Under the pieces are notes generated by a model that was not told the origin of the DNA, did not search any database, and saw only the letters and a list, made by a program, of their open reading frames with translations. Made by a program: the position numbers and the translations under genes. Below, piece by piece: positions 1-6,742 of a DNA stretch of 64,000 bases. How positions within the stretch are numbered: the stretch's first letter is position 1; every line of letters begins with the position of its first letter. Origin of the DNA: a virus; the IMG/VR virus record IMGVR_UViG_3300042516_004943, positions 9,822 through 73,821 of that record. One strand, 5' to 3'.

Positions 1-449
1 AGATGGTAATTCTTCGGCAGTTCGCCATTGAGAAATTGCATCATGCGATTTAGGTTTGGCGTGTAGTCGTAAAACTGAATTGACGGAAAGCGCGCCATGT
101 CGATGAGCATATGCCAAGGAAGGTCAGACAAGACGTTAGGCCGACAAGCAACAGGCATATTATTTTTTGCGCTCCATTTTTCGGCATTGTGCAATTCTTT
201 ATTCATCTGCGCGAGAAACGTGTTGCGCTCGTCGATAAAGTAACGCGACTTGGCAAGGCGAGCATCTTGCACGTTTGAGAAAATGCCCATGCCGGAAGTG
301 TCAAGACAAGCTGCCTCGCAACCGGACGAACGATGCGGACAGAATTGTTTGCCAGACTTACCAGCGGGAGAAAGTGACAAGCCGTAAGTGCGCCAACCGA
401 GCTTTTCGCCCTTTTTGATTTTGGTGTTGTTAGTGGATAGGAGTTTCAT
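1..449 (-). CDS. GP88-family phage protein (Cys-cluster), 3' end outside window
   Basis: Not in ORF track; hand translation from ATG at 449: MKLLSTNNTKIKKGEKLGWRTYGLSLSPAGKSGKQFCPHRSSGCEAACLDTSGMG...RPNVLSDLPW...FPSIQFYDYTPN...PKNYHL. CP-x5-C-x3-C and QFYDYT / PxNYHL motifs are as I recall for GP88-family proteins. Confidence 0.75.
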   Translation of the reverse strand, partial: MKLLSTNNTKIKKGEKLGWRTYGLSLSPAGKSGKQFCPHRSSGCEAACLDTSGMGIFSNVQDARLAKSRYFIDERNTFLAQMNKELHNAEKWSAKNNMPVACRPNVLSDLPWHMLIDMARFPSIQFYDYTPNLNRMMQFLNGELPKNYH

Positions 450-476
450 AGCGTGGTGATTCTATGAGGGTTTGCC

Positions 477-716
477 TTACTTGGCAAGAGCTTTTTTCAC
501 CCTTGCAAGGTCGCGCTTGCTGTGCGTGTAGAGTTTCGCGTCGATGCTTTCCAGATTGGAGAGCAAACGATAGGCTGCGATTTTTTCGCGTGCGTTACGG
601 CGAGCGAAAGTTCCGACGATGCTGTTGCGGTCGCGCAACGTGTTGGAGATGTCTTTTTGAAGTGCAACGCGCGCTTGGATGAGGGCTTCGATGAGTTCGA
701 GTTTGGTGATGTTCAT
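477..716 (-). CDS. small hypothetical protein (helical, basic)
   Basis: 79-aa ORF, ATG start, co-oriented and tightly packed in the minus-strand array. Confidence 0.7.
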   Translation of the reverse strand: MNITKLELIEALIQARVALQKDISNTLRDRNSIVGTFARRNAREKIAAYRLLSNLESIDAKLYTHSKRDLARVKKALAK

Positions 717-754
717 ATTTTTATTTTCTCTGATTTTGAGTCCGGTTGCAAGAA

Positions 755-910
755 TTATTCTGCGAGGAGAGCGTTTATTTTTTCGCGTGTCTTTCTCATC
801 GCATGGAGTAAAACAGTCGTTTGATCGTCCAGCATGGGGTCGATCAAATCGTTTGCGATCTGTTCAAGTTTTTCGGTTAGGGCTTGGAGTTGGATTTCTT
901 TCTCTGTCAT
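755..910 (-). CDS. small hypothetical protein, 51 aa (MTEKEIQLQALTEKLEQIANDLIDPMLDDQ...), probably leaderless
   Basis: Hand-translated; ATG 6 nt downstream of the -10 box of promoter P1. Confidence 0.75.
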   Translation of the reverse strand: MTEKEIQLQALTEKLEQIANDLIDPMLDDQTTVLLHAMRKTREKINALLAE

Positions 911-944
911 GCTTACAAGATACCACAGCCGCGCAAAAATGCAA
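908..944 (-). promoter_or_regulatory. early sigma70-type leaderless promoter P1
   Basis: TTGCAT-N16-TATCTT-N6-ATG with TG extended -10 and upstream A-tracts. Confidence 0.8.
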
Positions 945-993
945 GGGATTTTTTACGATTAAAAAAATATTTTTTTTCTACTTGACAGCGCAC

Positions 994-1013
994 TTGGCAC
1001 ACTTCTTGAACAG
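994..1013 (+). promoter_or_regulatory. sigma54-like -24/-12 motif, copy 1
   Basis: TTGGCACACTTCTTGAACAG (TGGCAC-N5-TTGA versus consensus TGGCAC-N5-TTGC); identical 20-mer at 3792-3811. Confidence 0.45.
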
Positions 1014-1020
1014 TGTTTTC

Positions 1021-1099
1021 CGTAAGTTGTTCATTTTCAGGCACTTACACCCGGCGGCCAGGCGGCCTGCCGTAAGTGGTTGATTATCAACGCTTTACG
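1021..1099. repeat. 79-bp double-palindrome element, copy 1 (IHF-consensus half-sites flanking a GC-rich core)
   Basis: CGTAAGTTGTTCATTTTCAGGCACTTACA-CCCGGCGGCCAGGCGGCCTGC-CGTAAGTGGTTGATTATCAACGCTTTACG (29+21+29). Confidence 0.9.
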
Positions 1100-1230
1100 A
1101 TATAGTCGCTGATTTGGCCGTTTGCTGCGATGCGCTCAAGCCATGTCGAGGTGTTGTAGTGCCACAGGCTCATGGCGAGCAGTGAAACAGGCGTTTGAAT
1201 TCCGAGCAGTTGTTTTATCCAGTTTGTCAT
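1087..1230 (-). CDS. small hypothetical protein, 47 aa (MTNWIKQLLGIQTPVSLLAMSLWHY...)
   Basis: Hand-translated; ATGA overlap with upstream ORF; stop codon lies inside element copy 1. Confidence 0.6.
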   Translation of the reverse strand: MTNWIKQLLGIQTPVSLLAMSLWHYNTSTWLERIAANGQISDYIVKR

Positions 1231-1424
1231 AGTTCTTCAGCGTATTCGTTTTTGTTTTCTGTGCCAAGCATTTTTTCCATGCGCTCTTTCAGTAGCGTAT
1301 AGACAAGGTGCGCGTCATGCACAGCGTCAACACAGTCTTTCCGCATTCCTTCCATGAGAAAGTCTTTTGCGTAGAAGCGGACACCATTTGATTCAAGGGC
1401 TTTTTGTATGTTGGGCGTGATCAT
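1227..1424 (-). CDS. small hypothetical protein
   Basis: 65-aa ORF with ATGA-type overlaps with both neighbours. Confidence 0.7.
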   Translation of the reverse strand: MITPNIQKALESNGVRFYAKDFLMEGMRKDCVDAVHDAHLVYTLLKERMEKMLGTENKNEYAEEL

Positions 1425-1615
1425 GAGTTAGAATCATCGAGGAACATTCCATCAAACACAAGAGGTTTTTCCAGTTCATCAAAAATGTTTTTGCTTTTCT
1501 GATGTGTGCGCTCATGCAACTGCATACAGGCAGAGCAGAGCATGGTTGCAACGAGAACAAACGTGAGAAGTGCCAAGGAATAGGCCACGCTGTCGAATGT
1601 GATGTATTTTTTCAT
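1421..1615 (-). CDS. small membrane protein, 64 aa (MKKYITFDSVAYSLALLTFVLVATMLC...)
   Basis: 3' part of track ORF 1421..1900; ATG at 1615 avoids overlap with upstream ORFs; one hydrophobic segment. Confidence 0.6.
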   Translation of the reverse strand: MKKYITFDSVAYSLALLTFVLVATMLCSACMQLHERTHQKSKNIFDELEKPLVFDGMFLDDSNS

Positions 1616-1619
1616 GAGA

Positions 1620-1706
1620 TTATTTTCGGGAGTCGGCCCAGAGGATGAGGAAGGCGCAAGCAGATGGAAAGATGCCCAGCCAAAAGAGTGGAACCCAGAT
1701 TGACAT
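1620..1706 (-). CDS. 28-aa single-TM microprotein (MSIWVPLFWLGIFPSACAFLILWADSRK)
   Basis: Hand-translated; exactly fills the gap between ORFs 1710..1925 and 1421..1615. Confidence 0.5.
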   Translation of the reverse strand: MSIWVPLFWLGIFPSACAFLILWADSRK

Positions 1707-1709
1707 AGT

Positions 1710-1925
1710 TTATTTATATGATCCAACAGGGATGTTGGGAGTTGAAACGTAAACCGCTTCCAGAAAGCGATCCTCATCGAAACGCGGATTTTGTTCGGCA
1801 AAGTATTTCGCAAAGTCCAAAGCGAGGACTTCAACAGCTTCGTATTCGCCAATCGGCGCGTGTTGTTTTTCAGCGAGACGCTTGCCCAAGATTTTTGCAA
1901 TGGCCTCGAATTGTTTTTTCGTCAT
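1710..1925 (-). CDS. conserved phage hypothetical protein
   Basis: MTKKQFEAIA...FAEQNPRFDEDRFLEA pattern, which I recall from small phage early proteins. Confidence 0.75.
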   Translation of the reverse strand: MTKKQFEAIAKILGKRLAEKQHAPIGEYEAVEVLALDFAKYFAEQNPRFDEDRFLEAVYVSTPNIPVGSYK

Positions 1926-1956
1926 GGTGTTATTGTGGTTTGTTTTGTGGTTAGGG

Positions 1957-2157
1957 TCAAGAGATTTTTTTCGGCTCCCGATAGCAGAGTCCGTGGCGGT
2001 TGTAACGTCCTTCGGCGCGGTTCATCCGTTCGATGTCGCGCTCGTAAGCTTCGGGGTTGCGCTGATAGGCAGGATCCCAAGGATCAATGCCGAGTGGGAG
2101 GTCGAGGGTTTGCAGACGCTCTTCGTCGCGCCAGCTTGTGGTGTATCCGTTTTTCAT
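1957..2157 (-). CDS. small hypothetical protein, probably leaderless
   Basis: 66-aa ORF; ATG 6 nt after the -10 of promoter P2. Confidence 0.75.
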   Translation of the reverse strand: MKNGYTTSWRDEERLQTLDLPLGIDPWDPAYQRNPEAYERDIERMNRAEGRYNRHGLCYREPKKIS

Positions 2158-2191
2158 ACTTTTAATCTATCAGAAAAATCCGTTTTGTCAA
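2155..2191 (-). promoter_or_regulatory. early leaderless promoter P2
   Basis: TTGACA-N16-TAGATT-N6-ATG; the TGA in the -35 box is the stop codon of the upstream ORF. Confidence 0.8.
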
Positions 2192-2367
2192 GCGACTTTT
2201 TTCACGCTGACTTCCCAGTAGGGAAAGAACAGATGCATATAGCGAGCAGTCACTTGCACGCCATCCTTACGCCAGATGGTGCGCTTATTGCTCTGCGCAA
2301 CGTAGTGACCGAAGTCTTTCATGGCGTTGAGGACGATTTCCTTTTTGTGGGTTCCTTTTGTTATCAT
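2188..2367 (-). CDS. small basic hypothetical protein, 59 aa (MITKGTHKKEIV...), probably leaderless
   Basis: Start reassigned to ATG 2367, 6 nt after the -10 of P3. Confidence 0.7.
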   Translation of the reverse strand: MITKGTHKKEIVLNAMKDFGHYVAQSNKRTIWRKDGVQVTARYMHLFFPYWEVSVKKVA

Positions 2368-2401
2368 GCTTACACTATACCACAGAACGCGCAAAAAGCA
2401 A
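2365..2401 (-). promoter_or_regulatory. early leaderless promoter P3
   Basis: TTGCTT-N16-TATAGT-N6-ATG, extended -10, A-tracts upstream. Confidence 0.8.
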
Positions 2402-2453
2402 GGATTTTTTTTGCGATTGTGCAATTTTTTTTATTATTTTTTTGCTTGACATT

Positions 2454-2532
2454 TGTAAACTGTTGAATATCAGGCACTTACGCCTGGGGGCCAGGCCCGG
2501 TTCTGTAAGTGCTTGATTTGCAACGCTTTACG
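2454..2532. repeat. 79-bp double-palindrome element, copy 2
   Basis: TGTAAACTGTTGAATATCAGGCACTTACG-CCTGGGGGCCAGGCCCGGTTC-TGTAAGTGCTTGATTTGCAACGCTTTACG (29+21+29). Confidence 0.9.
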
Positions 2533-2683
2533 TATCTTGCCAACCACGAAAAAACTTTGCTTTGCGCGCGAATTTTTTCTTGACACGCATGGCAAACGAG
2601 GGCTTGCAAGTTGTCTTGCGAACGCTGCGCTCGATTGCGCGAGCAAGCGGTCGCGTGTCGATTGTCATAATGATTCTGCTCAT
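2528..2683 (-). CDS. small highly basic protein, 51 aa (MSRIIMTIDTRPLARAIERSVRKTTCKPSFAMRVKKKFARKAKFFRGWQDT)
   Basis: Hand-translated; abuts upstream ORF; TAA lies inside element copy 2. Confidence 0.6.
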   Translation of the reverse strand: MSRIIMTIDTRPLARAIERSVRKTTCKPSFAMRVKKKFARKAKFFRGWQDT

Positions 2684-2684
2684 G

Positions 2685-2915
2685 TTAGTTGACCCCAAAA
2701 GAGAATTGCTGATTTTTTACTGCGTTCAACTCTACCGCGAGCGTAGTCGAAACGCCACACAAGAGATTGAGTTTGTGCTCGTGCATGGTGATCGTGCGCA
2801 AAGCCTTCTCCAACATATCTTGAAGATGGTGGATGTGCGCCTCCTGCGCTTGGATTGTTTTCTCATGCTTGATGAGAGTTTCCAGCGATTTGATGATGCC
2901 GTCTTGTTGTGTCAT
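2685..2915 (-). CDS. small coiled-coil protein, 76 aa (MTQQDGIIKSLETLIKHEK...)
   Basis: Start reassigned to ATG 2915; heptad-like pattern. Confidence 0.65.
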   Translation of the reverse strand: MTQQDGIIKSLETLIKHEKTIQAQEAHIHHLQDMLEKALRTITMHEHKLNLLCGVSTTLAVELNAVKNQQFSFGVN

Positions 2916-2919
2916 AGTA

Positions 2920-3090
2920 TTAGTGTTTGGGTTTGGGTTTGGGTTCAGGACGAGCGCACGGATCGTTGCGGTGACGCTCCTCGGCATAGCCGAAAAGAAT
3001 GTCAAATGCTTGTTCCGGCGTGATCCAATCGTCCTCTGGGAGGTCGAAGCGCCATTCAGTAGGCCATGCGCCTGTGGTGTTTTCTGTCAT
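2920..3090 (-). CDS. small hypothetical protein, 56 aa (MTENTTGAWPTEWRFDLPEDDWITPEQAF...)
   Basis: Start reassigned to ATG 3090; tiles between neighbours. Confidence 0.6.
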   Translation of the reverse strand: MTENTTGAWPTEWRFDLPEDDWITPEQAFDILFGYAEERHRNDPCARPEPKPKPKH

Positions 3091-3094
3091 AAAA

Positions 3095-3304
3095 TTAATT
3101 GTCCCAACCTTCCTGTTCGCCCCAGTCCGCGAGATCGTCCATGCCCGACCCGTCACCGGGCCATTGACCCTCATACCCATCATAGGGTTGCGGCTCCTGC
3201 TCGACGGCAGGCTCGGCAGCAAACGTGCCGCGCATAGCCTCATGTTCAGAGGCCATCTCGTCGGATTGCGGTTGTGTGTTGAAGTCGTCAGTGATGTTGT
3301 TCAT
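3095..3304 (-). CDS. very acidic small protein, 69 aa (MNNITDDFNTQ...WPGDGSGMDDLADWGEQEGWDN)
   Basis: Start reassigned to ATG 3304; D/E-rich with a single Arg and no Lys. Confidence 0.7.
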   Translation of the reverse strand: MNNITDDFNTQPQSDEMASEHEAMRGTFAAEPAVEQEPQPYDGYEGQWPGDGSGMDDLADWGEQEGWDN

Positions 3305-3347
3305 GGTGTTAGGATATGGTGAGTTGAGGATTATTGCAAGCGTTTTT

Positions 3348-3698
3348 TTATGCGGCCAAAGCGGGACGCACACGGAACACAAGCTCCAGCTTGCCAGCAT
3401 CGGGGCGAGTCTCGCCAGCGAGGAAAGCGGCGAGCATCTTGCTGTCGAAGTTGAAGCGAGAGAGGGGGTGAGAGTTAGCCCAACGCAAGCCATCGGGCAA
3501 GCCAAGGTCGATGAGTTGCTCGACCTCTGCATCAGAGGGGCAGGAGTAAGGCGACCAGCCAAGGGTTGCGATAGTCTTGCCAGTCTCGACGCTGACGAGT
3601 TCGTGCCAGAGTTTCGTGCAGTCGCCATCGAAGTCCTCCGAGATGATGAGCGTGCAGAGGGTTCCGTTGACGTTGAATGTGGTGTCTTTATCTTTCAT
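3348..3698 (-). CDS. hypothetical protein, 116 aa (MKDKDTTFNVNG...), probably leaderless
   Basis: Start reassigned to ATG 3698, 6 nt after the -10 of P4. Confidence 0.75.
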   Translation of the reverse strand: MKDKDTTFNVNGTLCTLIISEDFDGDCTKLWHELVSVETGKTIATLGWSPYSCPSDAEVEQLIDLGLPDGLRWANSHPLSRFNFDSKMLAAFLAGETRPDAGKLELVFRVRPALAA

Positions 3699-3732
3699 GC
3701 TTATAGCATAACACAGCGCACCGAAAAAGCAA
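3696..3732 (-). promoter_or_regulatory. early leaderless promoter P4
   Basis: TTGCTT-N16-TATGCT-N6-ATG. Confidence 0.8.
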
Positions 3733-3791
3733 GAGATTTTTTTGCAATTGTGAAAGTTTTTTTTATATCTTTTTTCGCTTGACAGGCTGAG

Positions 3792-3811
3792 TTGGCACAC
3801 TTCTTGAACAG
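3792..3811 (+). promoter_or_regulatory. sigma54-like -24/-12 motif, copy 2
   Basis: TTGGCACACTTCTTGAACAG, identical to 994-1013. Confidence 0.45.
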
Positions 3812-3818
3812 CTGTTTG

Positions 3819-3897
3819 CATAAGTCGTTGAATATGAGGCACTTACGCCCGGCGGCCAGGCGGCCCGCCGTAAGTGCTTGATTTAGAACAACTTACA
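3819..3897. repeat. 79-bp double-palindrome element, copy 3
   Basis: CATAAGTCGTTGAATATGAGGCACTTACG-CCCGGCGGCCAGGCGGCCCGC-CGTAAGTGCTTGATTTAGAACAACTTACA (29+21+29). Confidence 0.9.
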
Positions 3898-3994
3898 GAG
3901 AACAGATCGTGCGCCAAACGATCACCACAGCAAGGCCCACAAGTGCGCCCTCTATGACACAGATGATTGCCTTTGTCATAGCGTGCTTTGTCAT
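3893..3994 (-). CDS. 33-aa single-TM microprotein (MTKHAMTKAIICVIEGALVGLAVVIVWRTICSL)
   Basis: 3' part of track ORF 3893..4111; TAA lies inside element copy 3. Confidence 0.5.
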   Translation of the reverse strand: MTKHAMTKAIICVIEGALVGLAVVIVWRTICSL

Positions 3995-3998
3995 AGTA

Positions 3999-4229
3999 TT
4001 AGCAAGGCGCGCCGCCATAGCACGGCGCATCTTCGTTTGCGAGGATAGAGCAGACTTTGTCATAGAAGTCTTTATCTGCTTCGAAGTCATCTTGCGAGAT
4101 GTCTTCACCATCTTCGTCAGTCAAGACAAAGCCAGAGAGTTGCAGTTGGTCAGCATGATCGAACGCATACTCTGTGCAGAGGTAGTATTCTTTTCCGTTG
4201 TGTGTGATGTAGTCTTCGTATGTATTCAT
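3999..4229 (-). CDS. small acidic protein
   Basis: 76-aa ORF, strongly D/E- and aromatic-rich. Confidence 0.75.
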   Translation of the reverse strand: MNTYEDYITHNGKEYYLCTEYAFDHADQLQLSGFVLTDEDGEDISQDDFEADKDFYDKVCSILANEDAPCYGGAPC

Positions 4230-4237
4230 GTTATGTC

Positions 4238-4513
4238 TTACAGGCTGAGTAGTGTATCGTGTTCGTGACCGCAGTCAATGATGAGTTTTTCCATAGCGCG
4301 AAGTTGCTCATCCGTCAGAACATTTTGTTCAGAGTCTTCTGCCTTGGTGATCGAGACATCGTCCACAACGTAGCCTTCATATTGGCTATCGTAAGAGGTG
4401 TCGATTCTGATGTCTTTGGGGTCGATGAAGTAGTCTTCTCCATCGATGCGGATTTCAAGGGTGTCACCATAGGCAGGTGTTCCGTAGCTCATAGCGTGAT
4501 TGATTTTTTTCAT
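4238..4513 (-). CDS. small acidic protein, probably leaderless
   Basis: 91-aa ORF; ATG 6 nt after the -10 of P5. Confidence 0.8.
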   Translation of the reverse strand: MKKINHAMSYGTPAYGDTLEIRIDGEDYFIDPKDIRIDTSYDSQYEGYVVDDVSITKAEDSEQNVLTDEQLRAMEKLIIDCGHEHDTLLSL

Positions 4514-4547
4514 ATATTTAAGATAGCAGAGGTGTGGGAAAAGTCAA
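4511..4547 (-). promoter_or_regulatory. early leaderless promoter P5
   Basis: TTGACT-N16-TATCTT-N6-ATG; -35 box contains the upstream TGA stop. Confidence 0.8.
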
Positions 4548-4729
4548 GCGATTTTTTCGATCTTTATGATCTCGCCGTCAGCAGGAAGATTCACCTTCAA
4601 GGCTTTTTCAACCTCATGGGAAACCCAAGTGATGCCATAGGCGGCAACCTCCAACGTAACGGGCAGAGGGTATGAGCCGATTTCGGTGGAGACTGATGCG
4701 GTGACTTTGTAGGTGTTTTTCTTTTTCAT
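4544..4729 (-). CDS. small hypothetical protein, probably leaderless
   Basis: 61-aa ORF; ATG 6 nt after the -10 of P6. Confidence 0.75.
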   Translation of the reverse strand: MKKKNTYKVTASVSTEIGSYPLPVTLEVAAYGITWVSHEVEKALKVNLPADGEIIKIEKIA

Positions 4730-4763
4730 GCTTTTAGAGTATCAGAGATGTGGTGAAAGTCAA
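4727..4763 (-). promoter_or_regulatory. early leaderless promoter P6
   Basis: TTGACT-N16-TACTCT-N6-ATG. Confidence 0.8.
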
Positions 4764-4766
4764 GGG

Positions 4767-4949
4767 TTATTTGTGGATTTTTTTCATCCATACGCAAGGC
4801 TCGACCCTATGGAACGAAACCTTGCAAGACCGACCAACGCGGTTGGTGAAGGTGAACGAGCGGATAGCCAGCGAAGCAAAGGTGCAAGTGGCCTTGTTGA
4901 GGGTAGCGAACTCCACGATCTCGCTGCTGGTGTAGTATTTTCTTTTCAT
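4767..4949 (-). CDS. small basic hypothetical protein, probably leaderless
   Basis: 60-aa ORF; ATG 6 nt after the -10 of P7. Confidence 0.7.
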   Translation of the reverse strand: MKRKYYTSSEIVEFATLNKATCTFASLAIRSFTFTNRVGRSCKVSFHRVEPCVWMKKIHK

Positions 4950-4983
4950 GCTTACACTCTACCACAGCCGCGCAAAAAAGCAA
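4947..4983 (-). promoter_or_regulatory. early leaderless promoter P7
   Basis: TTGCTT-N16-TAGAGT-N6-ATG; near-identical to P1 and P3. Confidence 0.8.
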
Positions 4984-5022
4984 GGGATTTTTTTATCTTT
5001 TTTGAAACTTTTTTTCTTGACA

Positions 5023-5440
5023 ACCACCCCCCCATTTTTGAAAAAAATTCATACGAGCGTTTGAGGTTTAGGTCGCTGGGGCCTATTTTTAAAACTCTAC
5101 AACCTATAAATCTATCTCTCTTTTACTTATCAAGGTATCCATAAACCAATAAAAACCACCTATATATAATAAAAATTAATTAAAATAACGCGGGGCTATT
5201 TGTTTATATGCTTATATGGCTATGAATAATAGTATTAGAAGAATAATGACGAGGGGAAAAATAGAAAATAAATAAAAAAAATAAATAAAAAATAAACCCT
5301 ATAGGTTATGGGTTATAGGTTCATATATCCTGTATAAGTACCACTGTTTTGTTATACAAACAATTCAGATTTAATAGTAATATTACTTAGAAAAAAAAAT
5401 CGCGCCTGTTTTCGGATTGAAAATAGTGTTGCGCCGGGAT
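5023..5440. other. non-coding junction between the GC-richer early array and the AT-rich late region
   Basis: No credible ORF; CCCCCCC-ATTTTTGAAAAAAATTC motif followed by very AT-rich sequence with AAATAAA runs. Confidence 0.5.
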
Positions 5441-6742
5441 TTATCGTGATACAGTTTGCGTATAATTAAATCTTAATGCAAAGTTAATATCTTTGAATTG
5501 ACCCCTCTTGTTACCAAGGGCATCATAAAAATTATACAACCAACCATGGCTAAATCCACGACCATTACCATCAAGACCAATAGAAAATGGATCGGTTGGT
5601 ATGTACGGATTACTGTTATATCTATTTATAGTTGGTGTAAAAAATAATCCACCAATCCATCTAGAAGTATTTGGGACAGTTGCAGGAAAGAATATAGCGG
5701 CACTTTTGCTAGCTGTATTGCTTCCAGCAGTATAGGCATTGTTTGTAACACTGCCACCAATATCAACATGCGTATACAGTCTTGTTGCACTTTTTGTAGT
5801 GCCAATTGTGTTTGGAAGCGCTGTATTTGGGGGATAATCGTTAATATTTAGAGCATTATTTCCAAACTCATCATCAGCCCCCAAAAGAGCGGCTGCTGCA
5901 TATCCGTTATCGCCTTCTGTGCATGGTAATAGAGCCCATGGATTAATCCATGTAAAAGGCTGAAAGCTGCCGATTTGTGCATATTGTTTTTCTATATTAA
6001 TTCCGTTTGCGCTCATTTCTCCTAAGAAGTCACGATAACGACCCATAGCTTTCATTTTTCCAAGAGTAGAGAAACTTCCGCTTGTAATGTTTGGTACTTC
6101 AATTGGCGTAACAAGAGCAGGTATAGAAACTTGCAATGTATATGTTAATCTTAGAAATTGGAATGTATCTAAAATAACATTCGATGGTAAAACAAATCTA
6201 CTAAAAAGTATAAAGCCGGTTGGCCTTCCATAGCCGCTTTCTTGAACTGGAAAGCCGCCACCAGAGGTTTCTTTCATGCCGATTGCTACCTCTCTAACGG
6301 TATGCTGTCCTGTTTGTACGGCGTTAAAATCCCAAACCTTTGTATACACACAGCCATCTGCAACATCTTGGCGAAGACATGTACCAGTTGTATTTCTGCT
6401 TGACCATCCGCCATCTGCGCTTGGTGCAATTGTATTTCCTCTATAATTGGTTGCAGTTGGGTTTGCTGCGTTGCTTGAATATACAGCATGAGAAATTACA
6501 TCGGGTATTCCTCTTGCATGTCGTAAACCGCTAGCACCACCATCAAAAGAAAATGCACTTCTATCATGGCCAACTAAAAATCTCAAACCAGTATCTTGTA
6601 TTAGATTTGGCCTCATTTTGTCGCCAAAAGGCTGACTTACTTCACCATTAGGATGAACTATTTCTACTTTCCACTCTCCCTTGACAAGCATTTTGTTTTC
6701 AACAAATACTTCTTTGTATTTAGGTAAAATAATATTGGCCAT
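5441..6742 (-). CDS. putative virion protein, paralog family 1
   Basis: Shares GxWxVxI...PFG..MxxNxILD...YDF...SRFV...L(R/K)xTY pattern with 6793, 14141 and 17367 ORFs; upstream TGTAAT motif. Confidence 0.7.
   Translation of the reverse strand: MANIILPKYKEVFVENKMLVKGEWKVEIVHPNGEVSQPFGDKMRPNLIQDTGLRFLVGHDRSAFSFDGGASGLRHARGIPDVISHAVYSSNAANPTATNYRGNTIAPSADGGWSSRNTTGTCLRQDVADGCVYTKVWDFNAVQTGQHTVREVAIGMKETSGGGFPVQESGYGRPTGFILFSRFVLPSNVILDTFQFLRLTYTLQVSIPALVTPIEVPNITSGSFSTLGKMKAMGRYRDFLGEMSANGINIEKQYAQIGSFQPFTWINPWALLPCTEGDNGYAAAALLGADDEFGNNALNINDYPPNTALPNTIGTTKSATRLYTHVDIGGSVTNNAYTAGSNTASKSAAIFFPATVPNTSRWIGGLFFTPTINRYNSNPYIPTDPFSIGLDGNGRGFSHGWLYNFYDALGNKRGQFKDINFALRFNYTQTVSR

Noticed and set aside
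2579-2585. Extra plus-strand TTGACA
   Set aside because: Lies within ORF 2528..2683 and has no -10 box or unit context.
2925-2945. (GGGTTT)n telomere-like run
   Set aside because: Only about 3 copies; encodes PKPKPK at the end of a small ORF.
1021-3897. 79-bp repeats as a CRISPR array
   Set aside because: Copies are ~1.4 kb apart with genes between them, are degenerate, and no cas genes are present.
464-5144. Plus-strand ORFs in the early region
   Set aside because: They are antisense shadows of the tiled, promoter-linked minus-strand genes.
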